In this document: positions 13,965 through 25,768 of the stretch, one piece after another
Numbering within the stretch: position 1 is the stretch's first letter
How the letters are laid out: every line of letters starts with the position of its first letter
Assembly: GCA_028826165.1 (NCBI GenBank)
Contig: JAPDFW010000081.1
Span: 992,001 to 1,056,000 of the forward strand
Length of the DNA: 64,000 nucleotides
Source of the DNA: Anaeramoeba ignava BMAN
Lineage: Eukaryota > Protista > Anaeramoebae
Reading direction: 5' to 3'
Position numbers and translations under genes: made by a program
Notes under the pieces: model-generated
What the model was told of the DNA's origin: nothing
The model's database searches: none
Seen by the model: the letters and a program-made list of their open reading frames with translations, nothing else

Positions 13965-16710
13965 TTATTTTTTTTCTGATTCAACTTTGACATCAGTTGA
14001 GAAACTTAAGTTATAAATTCTAGAACGAAGATCTGATTCAAGAGTATCTTTTTTTGAGCGGAGGTCTTTTAATTGAGCACGAAGATTATTCAAACGGTCT
14101 TCATCAGTTGAGAGTCTCTTAATATAACGTTGTCTCAAAGTTTTTTCTGTTGAAGATTCACCAAGAGCATTAAGATTTTCACGGAGTCTTGAATGGTCGT
14201 TTTCGATTTCAGAGACTTCATTTTGAGCGTTTGAAATTTGAGTTTGAAGCTCAGCAATTTGTTCTCTCAAATTAACAAATCCCATTAAGACTTCTCTTGT
14301 TTTATCATCAATATATTTTTTGCTAATCCAGATTCCAACTTGATTTGAATCAAAAGAAGATAATGAATGAGTTTGTGATTGTTTTCCCTTTTCTGACACA
14401 ACGAACCGTTTTGTTTCATTTGGTTCAAGATCCATTCGGAATCTGTAGAAGTTTTCAGTCTTTTCAACAGGCTGAGGAGTGTCGACAAGATCCCATCCTT
14501 TATTGAATCGATGTTCCAAGAAAAGATCCACTTTTTTGCTTCCTTTGTTGCTTATATTGTAAATTTTGTGTGAAATTTGGTAGTAATAAAGATATAAATA
14601 ACCGCTTGAAATTTGTGCAAAATGAACATCTTCGGTTGTGCTGTCATTATCGATACTGATATTCATTGAAAGCTCGACAGCAAACGGAATCACTTTTTCA
14701 TCACCAGGTTTCATTGTGTCGATCATTGCCTCTCCGAGATAGTTTTCTTCTTCGTAAATTGTAGCTGGTCCACCTTCTAATGTGAGTCCAAGATTATTTT
14801 TGAAAAGTAATGAACTCATTGGATTTTTATCTCGAATTTCTTGGTTATAAACAGCAACTCTTTTTCCTTCGAATGGTTCTTGAAGAATTGAAACCAACGC
14901 TGATTGGTTACGTTTGACTGTAACAGGAACGCTTATATCATATGAGAAAAGATCTGCTGCTTCAGATTTGCGTAATTGAACTTGTGGAATTGCTGTCAGT
15001 GCTTTTTCTCGTGAGCGAAGTTCTTCGTGATGATAGAAATCGGCTTGTCTTCCCATTCCTGATTTTTGGGCTGAGTAGCGTGGCATTGAATTTGATTCTA
15101 ATGTTGGTGGTGCGTATGCTTGTTCTTGTTCTATTTTGACTTCGGGTCTTTTTTTGTAAATTGGATTGTAAAGATCATGTGTAAAAGAGACAGGAAGTCC
15201 TGAAACAAGAGAAAGCTAATTAAAATTAAAATTAAATTAAAATAAAATTAAAATTAAAATAAAATTAAAATTAAAATTAAAATTAAAATTAAAATTAAAA
15301 TTAAAATAAAAATAAAATTAAATTGAAAAAAATAAATTAAAATTAAATAAAAAAAAATTAAAATAAAATTAAATAAAATTAAATAAAAAGTGGAACATCA
15401 ATTATTATTTAATATAAATTATTTTTTTTTTCTTCTTAATTACAGTAACATCTTTCCAATCTTCTTCAGTTGTATTACTATTTTTTTTTATTTAAAAAAT
15501 AATTAATAATAAAAATAAATTAGTTATTTTTTTTATTAAAAATGGAAAAAAATAATCCAAATTTGAAATTTACTCAACTAAAGCCCATCCTTGAATTACA
15601 GCTTTCTTTTCCTTATCAAAGATAATTCTATAAGAAGTTTTCCAAACAGGCATCTAAAAAATTAAAATTAAAATTAAAATTAAAATTAAAATTAAAATTA
15701 AAATTAAAAATTAAAATAAAAATTAAATTAAAATTAAAATTAAATAACATAGCTTGCTAAAATTTCACGTTTTCCTTCTCCTCGTGCAAATATAGTTAAT
15801 TTCTTTAAATCCTTCTTTTTTGAATTGATAAGAATTTCAAGTAAATGTTTTAAATCTTCAACAATATAATCATCAAGGAATTTAATTGATTGAATTTCAT
15901 CCAAATCATAAGAAGCAATTTTCAAAGCAGTTGTAAGTAAAGTAATTTGGATTTTATCAATAGAAACATTCCCTTCTGTTCTTGTATGTGTTTGAATTCC
16001 TGTAACTTGTCCAGTAACCTTTAATTAAATTATAAAATAAATTAAATTATAAATTAAATTAAATTATAAATTAAATTAAATTAAATTATAAATTAAATTA
16101 TAAATTAAATTTTGTTTTTCGTTTTTAATTACTTTTTTTTTGGATGTAATTGCAAGTTCTATTTTTGTTCCTTTTAATTGAGAAAGAAGTCCTGTCAAAC
16201 AATTTCTTGCGGGAATATGAATTGAAATATCTTCAAGTTGCTTATCGATTGGTTTTGTACTTTCATAAGAAACCTAAATTATAATAAATATAAAAAAATT
16301 TTATATTAATTTTATATTAATTTAATTGTTTTTTTTTTGTTTGTTTGGAAGTTCCAAATTTAAATTTACACTGCTAATTCTTCCTCCTTTTAAATCAAAA
16401 ACACTTAAAGACTGGAATAAAAATGAAAAAAATTAAAGCAAAATAAAATATATAATCCATTAGTTTTTTTTGTTTGTTTGTTTTTGATTGAAAAAAAATT
16501 TTTTTGCTTTTTTTTATTACTTTTAAAACATCATCCATTTCTGTTTTTCTGAAAGAGAGATTAAGAACAGCATCATTTTCAACTTCAGCCATTCTTTCGA
16601 AATAACCAACCTATTTAATTATTTAATTAATTATTTATTAATTTTAATTATTAATTTTTTATTTATTTATTTACTCCATGTTTAAATAAAACAATTTTTT
16701 GAACTTTCAT
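13965..16710 (-). CDS. DUF4139-like prokaryote-type protein, 8 exons
   Basis: Spliced product MKVQKIVLFKHG|VGYFER...MDDVLK|SLSVFD...PVWKTSYR...QGWALVD|NTTEEDW..|LSLVSGLPVSF..DLY.P...LEGGP, followed by a C-terminal coiled coil. These motifs match the bacterial family as I recall it. Confidence 0.75.
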
Positions 16711-16987
16711 TAGAAAAGAATAAGAAAAGAAAAAAATGAAAAAAAAATTTAAAGTTGGATCTGTCTTTTAAATTAAAAAATTTTTTTTTTGCTTTTTTTC
16801 TTACTTTAAGAAATTAAATAAAATTCTTAATTTAAAATTAAAATTAAAATTAAAAATTAAAATTAAAAATTAAAATAAAACATTTTTTTTTTCGCCTTTT
16901 TAAATTAATAAATAAAAAAAATTTATTTTTATTTTTTCTCCTTTTATTTTTCATTTTTTTTTTCCAATTTAAAATTTAAAATTTAAA

Positions 16988-18430
16988 ATGACAACTGATT
17001 ATGAAGAACAAAATTATTGGAATAAAAGATATGAAACTGAAAGAGAATTTGATTGGTATATGGATTTTGAAACATTATATCCTTTTATTAGAACAACTCT
17101 TAATCCAAATGATAAAATTTTAAATATTGGATGTGGAAATAGTTGTATTAATTTTTAAAAATAAAAATCAATTCATTTTCAATATAAAAAAATAATTTTT
17201 TTCCTTCATTTTCTTTATAGCTTTTGCTTTTGATATGCTTCAATATGATTATAAATTTGTCACAAATATTGATGTAGTTTTAATTTTTTATATTTATATT
17301 TATATTTATTTTTAGAATTAAAATTTTAAATGAAAATGTTTTATAAAATTTAGATTTCAGATGTTGTGATTAATAAAATGAAAGACAAGTATAAAAAATA
17401 TCCTTCTTTAGAATGTAAATATTCAAAATGAATTTTCAAAATGAATTTTAATTTTAATTTAAATATTCAAAATGAATTTAAATATTCGAAATGTATTTTA
17501 ATTTAAATATTCAAAATGAATTTAAATATTCGAAATGTATTTTAATTTAAATATTCAAAATGAATTTAAATATTCAAAATGAATTTAAATATTCAAAATG
17601 AATTTAAATATTCAAAATGAATTTAAATATTCAAAATGAATTTAAATATTCAAAATGAATTTAAATATTCAAAATTAATTTAAATATTCAAAATGAATTT
17701 AAATATTTAATTTAAATATTCAAAATGAATTTAAATATTCAAAATGAATTTTAAATATTCAAAATGGATTTTAATTTTAATATTCAAAATGGATTTTAAT
17801 TTAAATTTTCAAAATGAATTTAAATATTCAAAATGAATTTAAATATCCAAAATGAATTTAAATATTCAAAATGAATTTAAATATTCAAAATGAATTTAAA
17901 TATTCAAAATGAATTTAAATATTCAAAATTAATTTTAAATAAATATACAAATGTTTTAGTTTTTGTTCAAGATACTCGAAAATTAACATTTTCTGATTCA
18001 AGTTTTGAAACTATTATTGATAAAGGAACATTAGATACTTTAATTGTAAAACAAAACAAAATTAATAAATGTTTTGTTTTCATTTTCTAATTAATGAAAA
18101 TATTTTTAATTTTTTTTGAATTTTTAAGTGTGGAAAAGAAGGAGATGATGATGTAGATTCAATGATGAAAGAAATTTATAGGATTTTAAAACCAGGTGGT
18201 AAATTTATTTTACTTTCTCATGCTCCTGATGAAAGAAGATTGGAGTTTTTTCAAAGAGATTATTTTGAATGGAATGTTAAACATCAAGAAATTCGTATAA
18301 ATTTTTTTAATTTAATTTAATTTTTTAATAATTTTATTCTTTTATTCTTTTTTTGTTTGTAGAAAGAACACTTCCAGATAATAGACCAGCAGTTCATTAT
18401 CTTTATATTGCTAGCAAAAATTTGAATTAA
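16988..18430 (+). CDS. Class I SAM methyltransferase, METTL13-N/EEF1AKMT4-like, 6 exons
   Basis: YWNKRY..FDWY, ILNIGCGNS, NID|ISDVVI, IIDKGTLD and RILKPGG are joined across GT-AG introns. Confidence 0.88.
17420..17935. repeat. ~19-bp minisatellite (AAAATGAATTTAAATATTC)n in a methyltransferase intron
   Basis: Tandem copies directly visible between the donor at ~17414 and the acceptor at ~17959. Confidence 0.85.
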
Positions 18431-18800
18431 ATTAAAAAATAATTTTGTTTTTTTAAATTTAAAAAAAATAAATAAAAAAGTGGAACAAAATTATTAATAA
18501 AATTATTTCTTTATTTTTAATTAATTTTAATTTAGAATTAAAAAATAATTTTGTTTTGTTATTTTAAATTAAAAAATTTGAATTAAATTAAAAAATAATT
18601 TTGTTTTTTTAAATTTAAAAAAATAAATAAAAAAGTGGAACAAAAAAATTGGAACTTTATTTTTAAAATTTTTATTTAATTAAAAATTATTTTGTTTTTA
18701 TTTTAAATTAAAAATTTGAATAAATTAAAAAATAAATAATAAAAGTGGAACAAATTTTAATTTATTTTAATTTAGAATTAAAAAATAATTTTGTTTTGTT
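18420..18800. repeat. Imperfect direct repeats containing AAAAGTGGAACAA between convergent genes
   Basis: Blocks recur with the motif at 18476, 18631 and 18741. Confidence 0.7.
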
Positions 18801-18836
18801 ATTTCTTCAATTTTAATTTCTTTTATTCATTTCCAA

Positions 18837-21800
18837 TCAAATAAGTGAAGAAAATACATCTGATAAAGAAACCTTTCGATCAACAAAAATAGAAACAAAT
18901 TGTTGCATTTTCAAGAAAAGAGAATCACAAATACGAATTTGTTTTTCAGAAAAGATCTTGAAAGGATCTCTTTTGGAATAAACCTTTGATTGACGAATTG
19001 AAATCCAATCTTTTTGAGTTATATTATCAAAATAGTCATCCCAATTTTCAATATTTTTAGTATCAAAAAAGGAAGTAATTAAAGAAATTGAGTGACGAAG
19101 TTTTTGAGAAGAGAATTCAGGAGAAAAAATACCAGAACAATCATCTTTAAGACATTTTTGAGAAAGACAACTGAAATCTTGCGAGCGGAAACCACAAACA
19201 GAACAGACAAAATGACCCGGAATAATAATCAGTAAATAACTGGCGAATATGTTGAGTAACAACATTCCAAATTTGATTTGATTCAAATGGATTCTGGCAA
19301 TTCGAGCATAAGAAAGTATTTTGTTGGTAATTTCGAAGTCCCAAAAATTGTGTTTTGGCCTGGCATTTTGTGCAGCGTAGTTCAAGCGGAGTAAGGGAAA
19401 CTTGGTGGGAAGTAAAAGAGTCTTTGTTTGAAAAAAAATGGGAAAAAGTTTGATTTGGAGTTGAAACTTTGATTCCGAGTTGATCGGCAATTTGGCGCAG
19501 CGAAAGCGAGGAAATAGGCTGGCAAAGACGGGAAATAACAGGATAGATTTGCTGGGAAAGATACCAATCGATATCGATGTTGAGAGAAATTTTGGAGACT
19601 TCATCTGGATGAAATGCGTGTTGTGCATATGAATCTGAATGTTTGTGAGATTTGGAAGTTTTTGGATCGTGATTTAAGTCAAGATTCGAGTTATTTTGAT
19701 CCAAAGAAACATCAGTTGATTTTTGGATATTTTGAGGGTTAGTGTTCTCATCAATTTCGTTGTGATTCTGAACGCAAATCACATATGGAATATGCTGGCC
19801 AATACCTACGCGCAAGTTGTGTTGACGCATGCGAAGAGCAACTTGGACATGCGGTTGTATTCTTTGATCAGGATATTGTTCGGGTTGTTTTGAGAGCGAT
19901 TTTGTAATCACAAATTTTTCAAGGGGAATCAGGTTTGAAAGAAGATCTTGTCTTAATTGAGCCAATTTTGAAAGAATGATTTTAGGAACTTCTTCGTCGT
20001 TTTGGTTCTGCAGAATCTCCTCAAGAATTGCGTTTCCAATATCTTTGGAAAGAGGGCACCAGTCGCGTCTAACAAGATCAAGCCCTTTGATTTCTCTTCT
20101 AACGGAAAGTGGAGCTTTGTGGGATTCATTGTTGGAATTGTTAGTAGGTTTCATCGCTTCATTTTGTGGTGTGACTACTAATGCTGCGTATTTTTTCTTG
20201 TTCAGAAGGAGAATTGACTGGAAAATGCCATCGATATCAAGAAAGATATTCTTATAGAGTGTGTTGATCCGTTTTTTGATTTGATCTCCAATTTCAAGTA
20301 CTTTGTGATACTCATTTGATTTCGTCAGAACCATCACACTGTCGGTGTTCTTAACAATGATTTCGCCGATTCCTGCTTGGAAATGGCCCAGTTGAGTCTC
20401 GATATCGTAAACATAAGATGGTTTTGATGTGTTTGTTTTGAGACGGGATATTTCGGTTATTGTTGTTCTTGTGCTTGATTTGAGAACTGGATCTTTTTGG
20501 GATCTGAATATTTTCAAGTTGAATTGATTTGGATTAGTGTTTGTTGAGTTTATTTGAGAATGGAATCCCAAGTTGTGGAAAAAATAGTAAAAATTGGCAG
20601 CAAGACATTTGTCAGATGTTGTGAGCTCAAAAGGAAAAGAAGGTTCAAGATTCGGCTGATCAAAAGAAATGGACGAAAAGGATTTTGCCAAGAAACCTGA
20701 AAGAAAATAAAGTTTTTCGATTCGAGATTGTGTGTTAAGAACGTGATTTGGGAAGATTTTGTTGTGCGGTTTGGAAAAAGGAGAGGAATAGAAGGTTGTG
20801 AAATAGTGGTTGCAGAATTTAGCAAGTTTTTTGTGAGTTGGTTGTACAAAAGAAGAACTTTCTGTATTAAGAGAAAGAATAAAAAGAGGATTTGATTTTG
20901 AAGAAGAATTTGTGATTTTCAAGAAGGAATGCAAAAATGGATCATAAGAAGAGAAGAGGGATTTGAGAGAAGAGGCAAGAGAAAGCGAAGGCAAACGAAG
21001 CTGCCAGATGAAGGGAAACATGGGATTTTGGGGATTTAATTTGGAGCAAGAGCCAAAACGGAGAAAGATACCGTGAATGTAGGAGTTGAAAAAGATGGCT
21101 GAGTTTTGGGTAGTATTTGGATCGCGAGGAACAAATTGAGGGAATGAGTGGAGAAGTTTTGTGCAATGAGCCAAGCAATCTTTTGGCTTAGCGTATTTGA
21201 TTTGGGATTTTTCTTCAATAACAAGACTGTGATCTTCAGTGACATCAACAGAACCAGAGTGTGTAGATACACGATAAAGAGATTTAGAGGTTTTGTGGCG
21301 AATCAGCCTTGTGATCCGATTCCAACCGCGATCCGACCAAACGTAGCAAGACGAATCAAGAATAGATTGTTGTTTCAAAACGGAAGAAAATGGGGGGATA
21401 TCTCTGAAAATGGGATAATAAGGCGAAATGCGCCCACGAAGAAACAAGGATTGGATGGGGATAATCTCAACAATAGGGGAATGATGAGGAGAAGAGTAAG
21501 TGACGAGCACAGGAGTATCTGGTGTGACTGAGTCACCGTAGATGACATTATATCCCATGGATGAAACAGTGTCTGCAGTTTTTTGGAGGATCTCACGTCC
21601 CTTCAAAGTGATGAATTCTGCGAGATGAGGCGCATAAAAACGGAAAGGGGGAAACCCAAGACAGCCATAAAGACTGTTGGCAATCAATTTGAGCCCTAAT
21701 TGGCGGATGTCAAGTTGGAGGTAAATTTGTGGATCTTTTTCGGATTTCAATTTTGCTTTGACTTCTCGACGGTATCCGACTAAACGATGCAGAAGACGCG

Positions 21801-24200
21801 GAAGCACACCCTGTTCTTGATCTGGAGATGGTTGAGGGGAGGAGTCGAGTGGCATTGTTGTGAGACATACGTTAAACTCTTGGATGATAGAGGGGTACAA
21901 ACTGTTAAAATCAAGAAGAAGTACGAATTGATGATACAAACCGCGTTGAGGCGAAAGAACTAAACCCCCTGTATATTTCGGGGTTTTCTTTCTGGATGTT
22001 GTTTTTGATGATGTTGTTTCGATGGAGATGAGATCCGAGCTGGTTTTTGTGGAAGGATGAGTGCGTTTGGAATGGACGGAATCAGGATCGATATTTTCGT
22101 TGTTTTTGTCTTCAGCATCAAAGTCAGGATCAGCATCAACCTCCTTATTATCATCATCAGTGGGCGACTTTGACTTTGGCTTTGATGTCGACTTTGATTT
22201 TGTTATGGGCTTGTTTGGAAGAGCAAATTTGAGCTTGTAGAATTCATGGAGAAGAAGATACTCAACACGGGCGTATCGGGATCCGACAAGAACCCTTTTC
22301 CAAAACAAACCGGAGATGTGAGAAAGTTGCAGAGTAAGCGGGAGAATATTGAGGTTGTCAGAAAGAAGAAGAGGAACAACGGAAGCAAATTCGGATTTGT
22401 CAAGAAGCTCGAGAAGGAGATCTGAAGAGGAAAAGTGCTCGGCGCATTGCTCGGTATTGATGAACTTATCCATCGTGATATTCAACCGACGAGCAGCAAG
22501 AGAGGAAAGACTGAAATCGGCTTCTTTGAGAAACTCAACGGAAGAAAGATAAGTGTCGCAAATAAGTCGGCCAACAACAATGTTTTTTTCCTCAAATGTA
22601 GAATCCGTTGTGCCTCCTGCGCCGTTCTGGAGACGCGGGAACTTTCTGAAATGCATGCGACTAAGTTTGGACCATTGAGGAACCCCGTTTTCGCGCATTC
22701 GCTGAAGAAGAATATCAAGTGCAAACCCCACAAAATTGTGTCCTGTAAGAACATCTGGATCTATTTGATGGATTTTGTTGATCAGATATTTAAGAAGCGT
22801 TTTCTCATCGTCGAAGATTTCTGTGTTCTTTCCCGCATGCAGAGTTTCTTGTATTTTCGAGTAGAACTGCAAAGGATAAGCGGATCCAATTTTTCGAATT
22901 AGGGAAAAAATTTTGGCATTTTTTTCTTGATTTGGATTGCGTTCTGACATCGAATAAGTGTCGACTGAACAACTTGCAACGGCAATCTCGTTTTTCTTTG
23001 ATTGGGAATTGTAGATGATTTGGAGATGGAGAGACAATCTTACGAGAGGAGGCGGAGCGATTTGCTGTGCGCTTTCTGGGACGGAGATTGATTTTGGATT
23101 GTCGACAAAAACCTCGTATTTGCACCAACTTACTGGATTTTTTGATGTGTGGAAGTTCGATACTTTGATCCAAGTCGGTCCCATAATGTGTTTTTTCAAG
23201 ATGAAAAGATCTGCTGGATTGATATCATAACCAAAAACTTGATCGAATGTATCCCCTTTGACCGTTGCCGGGAAGGATGGGAAATTTGATGGATAAACAA
23301 CTTTGAGATATGTTGATTGGGGTGCGAATTTGTCTTGTGGGCTTGGGAAAAGATTCTTGCGGATCACGAATTTACTTCCCCAATTTTCGATTTTGAAATT
23401 TTTGAAGAGGATTTGAAGCTCTTGGATCATGTCGTCGAGATCCACTTTTTTGCCTGTTTTTTTGGAAAGTTCTCTTTTGTGGAAAAAGAGGTTGCGTTCT
23501 GTATTGTGAACGATAACGCAGCAACTTGCAAATGAGTATTCTGGCTGATCTTTTTGGTCTTGGGAGATGGATTGTGAAGGGATTTTGATTTTGCCGAACA
23601 AGTAGATTGAACTTGATGACTGGAAGGGATGGAAGTAAACATCCATAAGATACATCAAGAGCTCTTGCGATTCGTCAAGGGGATGACTTAGAGACAATTT
23701 TGTCATGTTGTCCGTTATTTTTTCCGTTTTTGTTTGTTGGCTAAGAGTTTGTTTTGTTTGCATTTTTTGGTAGATTGATGACCAGTTTGTGGATTGGGGT
23801 TTGTTTTGTGTTAAAAGTGAGATTTGAGGAATTTTGTCTTTTTCAGAGGAAGTGGGTAATTTTTTTTTTTTCGGCGAAATTTCCATATTATTTTTTTTGT
23901 CAGGCGACATTTCCATTTTATTTTTTTGAGGGGAGATGAGCATATTTTCATTTTTTAATAAATTTTCATTTTCCTTTTCCAATAAATTTTCATTTTCTAA
24001 TAAATCCAAATTTTCTTTTTCTTTTTTATTGTCTTTTTTATTGTCTTTTTTATTATCTTTTTGAAGAATATTTTGGATCTTCATTTCTCCTGTTGGATCA
24101 TCTGCAAGATCTTGAAGAATTGAAACCAAATCATATGCATTAGTTTCTTTAGGTTTTTTATTTGATTTTTAGAGAAATTAAGAATAGGTTTTTGAGCCAT
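18837..24200 (-). CDS. POLA1: DNA polymerase alpha catalytic subunit, intein-containing
   Basis: Family-B motifs DFNSLYPSIIQEFN, KLIANSLYGCLG, YGD/TDS and KKKYAA. Pol-alpha-like features DPDVLTGHN, GRLICDTY and KGLDLVRRDWC. C-terminal CysA (CTKC..CSNC) and CysB (CSVC..C..DC), the latter in the 18837-19628 frame after a frameshift near 19220. The 5' end is uncertain. Confidence 0.93.
20347..21531 (-). mobile_element. Intein (395 aa) in the Pol alpha YGD|TDS motif, with a degenerate LAGLIDADG domain
   Basis: VIYGD|SVTPDTPVLV ... block B VDVTEDHSL ... blocks F/G YVYDIETQLGHFQAGIGEIIVKN|TDSVMV. Removing it restores YGDTDS; the +1 residue is Thr. Confidence 0.96.
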
Positions 24201-24714
24201 TTTTTGATTAATTTGTTGTTGTTTTTTTTTTAAAATTAAATTTAAAAAGAAATTTTTTAACGAATGAATTGAAAAGAATTTAAAAAAAAATATAATTTTA
24301 AAAAGAGAAAAAAAATGGAAAAAATTAAAATTAAAATTAAAATTAAAATTAAAATTAAAATTAAAATTAAAATTAAAATTAAAATTAAAAATTAAAATTA
24401 GATTTAACGGTTAAATTAAATAAAAATAAATAAAAATAATTAATAATCCTGAGCAAAAAATGAATCATGTTTATTTTTTTAATTTTTGATAAAGGAATTG
24501 ATAATGAAAAAAAAAGAAAAAAAAAAAAGGTTATTTGTGAGTTTTTTTTTGAACAAAGATAATTGAAAGAAAAAAAAAAGAAAAGAAGAAATTAAAGTGC
24601 TAAAAGTAAAAAAAGAAAAGAAAAGAAAAGAAAAAAAGAAGTGAATTAAAGTGCTAAAAGAAAGAAAAAGTGGCAAAATTTAAATTATTTAAATTAATTA
24701 AATTAATTAATTAA

Positions 24715-25239
24715 TTAATTAAAAGAACGTTCAAGATGTTCAAAAAATTCAAAAGAATTTGATTGAGGGGGATTTTGAGGTTCATTATCATCTGAAGTAG
24801 ATCTGTAAGCAAGGGACATAGCCAAAGAAATGAAGTTCTGGAAATATTCTAGATTTTTATTTAAAGTTTGGATTTCAGTTTGCAAACAAGCTTCTTTAAG
24901 TCTGTAATCAGAACGTTGTTCCTTTAAAACTCGAATTCGTTCTTCAAGTTTAACAAGTCGTTCTTTTTGTCTTGTTCTGTAGTTGCTTTTTTTTGTTTCT
25001 TCTTGGCTTTTCCTTTTCCGTTGTGTTGGTTCTTCCATCGTTATTTCATTTTCTAGTGTTTTTTGTCGATCTTTTATTTTTCGGTTAATCTCAATTATTG
25101 GATTTTCTGGCTCACTTTCTTCTTGTTGTTCAAATCCACTTAGGTTTTCCAGTCCTTTTATTCCTGGAAATGTTTTTAGAAAGTGTTCTTTAAAATCTCC
25201 ATTTTCAAAATTAAATAATCCTTCTGGAATGTAAAACAT
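24715..25239 (-). CDS. bZIP-like transcription factor (174 aa)
   Basis: Basic region RKRKSQEETKKSNYRTRQKER followed by a heptad zipper (LEERIRVLKEQRSDYRLKEACLQTEIQTL). The start is taken at MFYIPEG; the upstream ORF extension is poly-T UTR. Confidence 0.65.
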   Translation of the reverse strand: MFYIPEGLFNFENGDFKEHFLKTFPGIKGLENLSGFEQQEESEPENPIIEINRKIKDRQKTLENEITMEEPTQRKRKSQEETKKSNYRTRQKERLVKLEERIRVLKEQRSDYRLKEACLQTEIQTLNKNLEYFQNFISLAMSLAYRSTSDDNEPQNPPQSNSFEFFEHLERSFN

Positions 25240-25461
25240 GAGAAATAAAGGAAAGGAAAAAAAAAAATGAACAAAAAATTTAAAAAAAAAAATGAAAAAA
25301 AATGAAAAAAAATAAAATAAAAAAAAAAATTTTTTAATTTCCAACAACTTTTTTTTTTCATTTTTTTATTTTTTTATTTTTTATTTTTATTATTATTATT
25401 AGAAATATTTTTTTTTCATTTTTTCAGTTTTATTTGTATTGTTTTGTTCTCTTTTCTTTAA

Positions 25462-25737
25462 ATGGATCATAAAAGAATTAGTTATTTTTATGATGAAGAT
25501 GTTGGTTGTTTTTATTATTCAAGTGGACATCCTATGAAACCACATAGAATACAGATGGCACATGAATTAATTGTTAATTATGGGATGCATGATAAGATGC
25601 AAATTTTTGTATTTATAAACAAACTTATTACACGAACCAAAATAAATATAATAATAAATATATAAATAAATATATAAATATAATAATAATAAATATAATA
25701 ATAATAAATATAATAATAATAAATATAATAATAAATA

Positions 25738-25768
<31 letters not shown>

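Noticed and set aside
19382-23939. Numerous short overlapping or antisense ORFs within Pol alpha (also within HDAC and UBR)
   Set aside because: These are expected by-products of locally higher GC and carry no motifs.
18837-24200. Polymerase as part of an integrated virus or Polinton
   Set aside because: The extein has Pol-alpha-specific motifs and CysA/CysB, the neighbours are host genes, and no capsid, integrase or terminal repeats are present.
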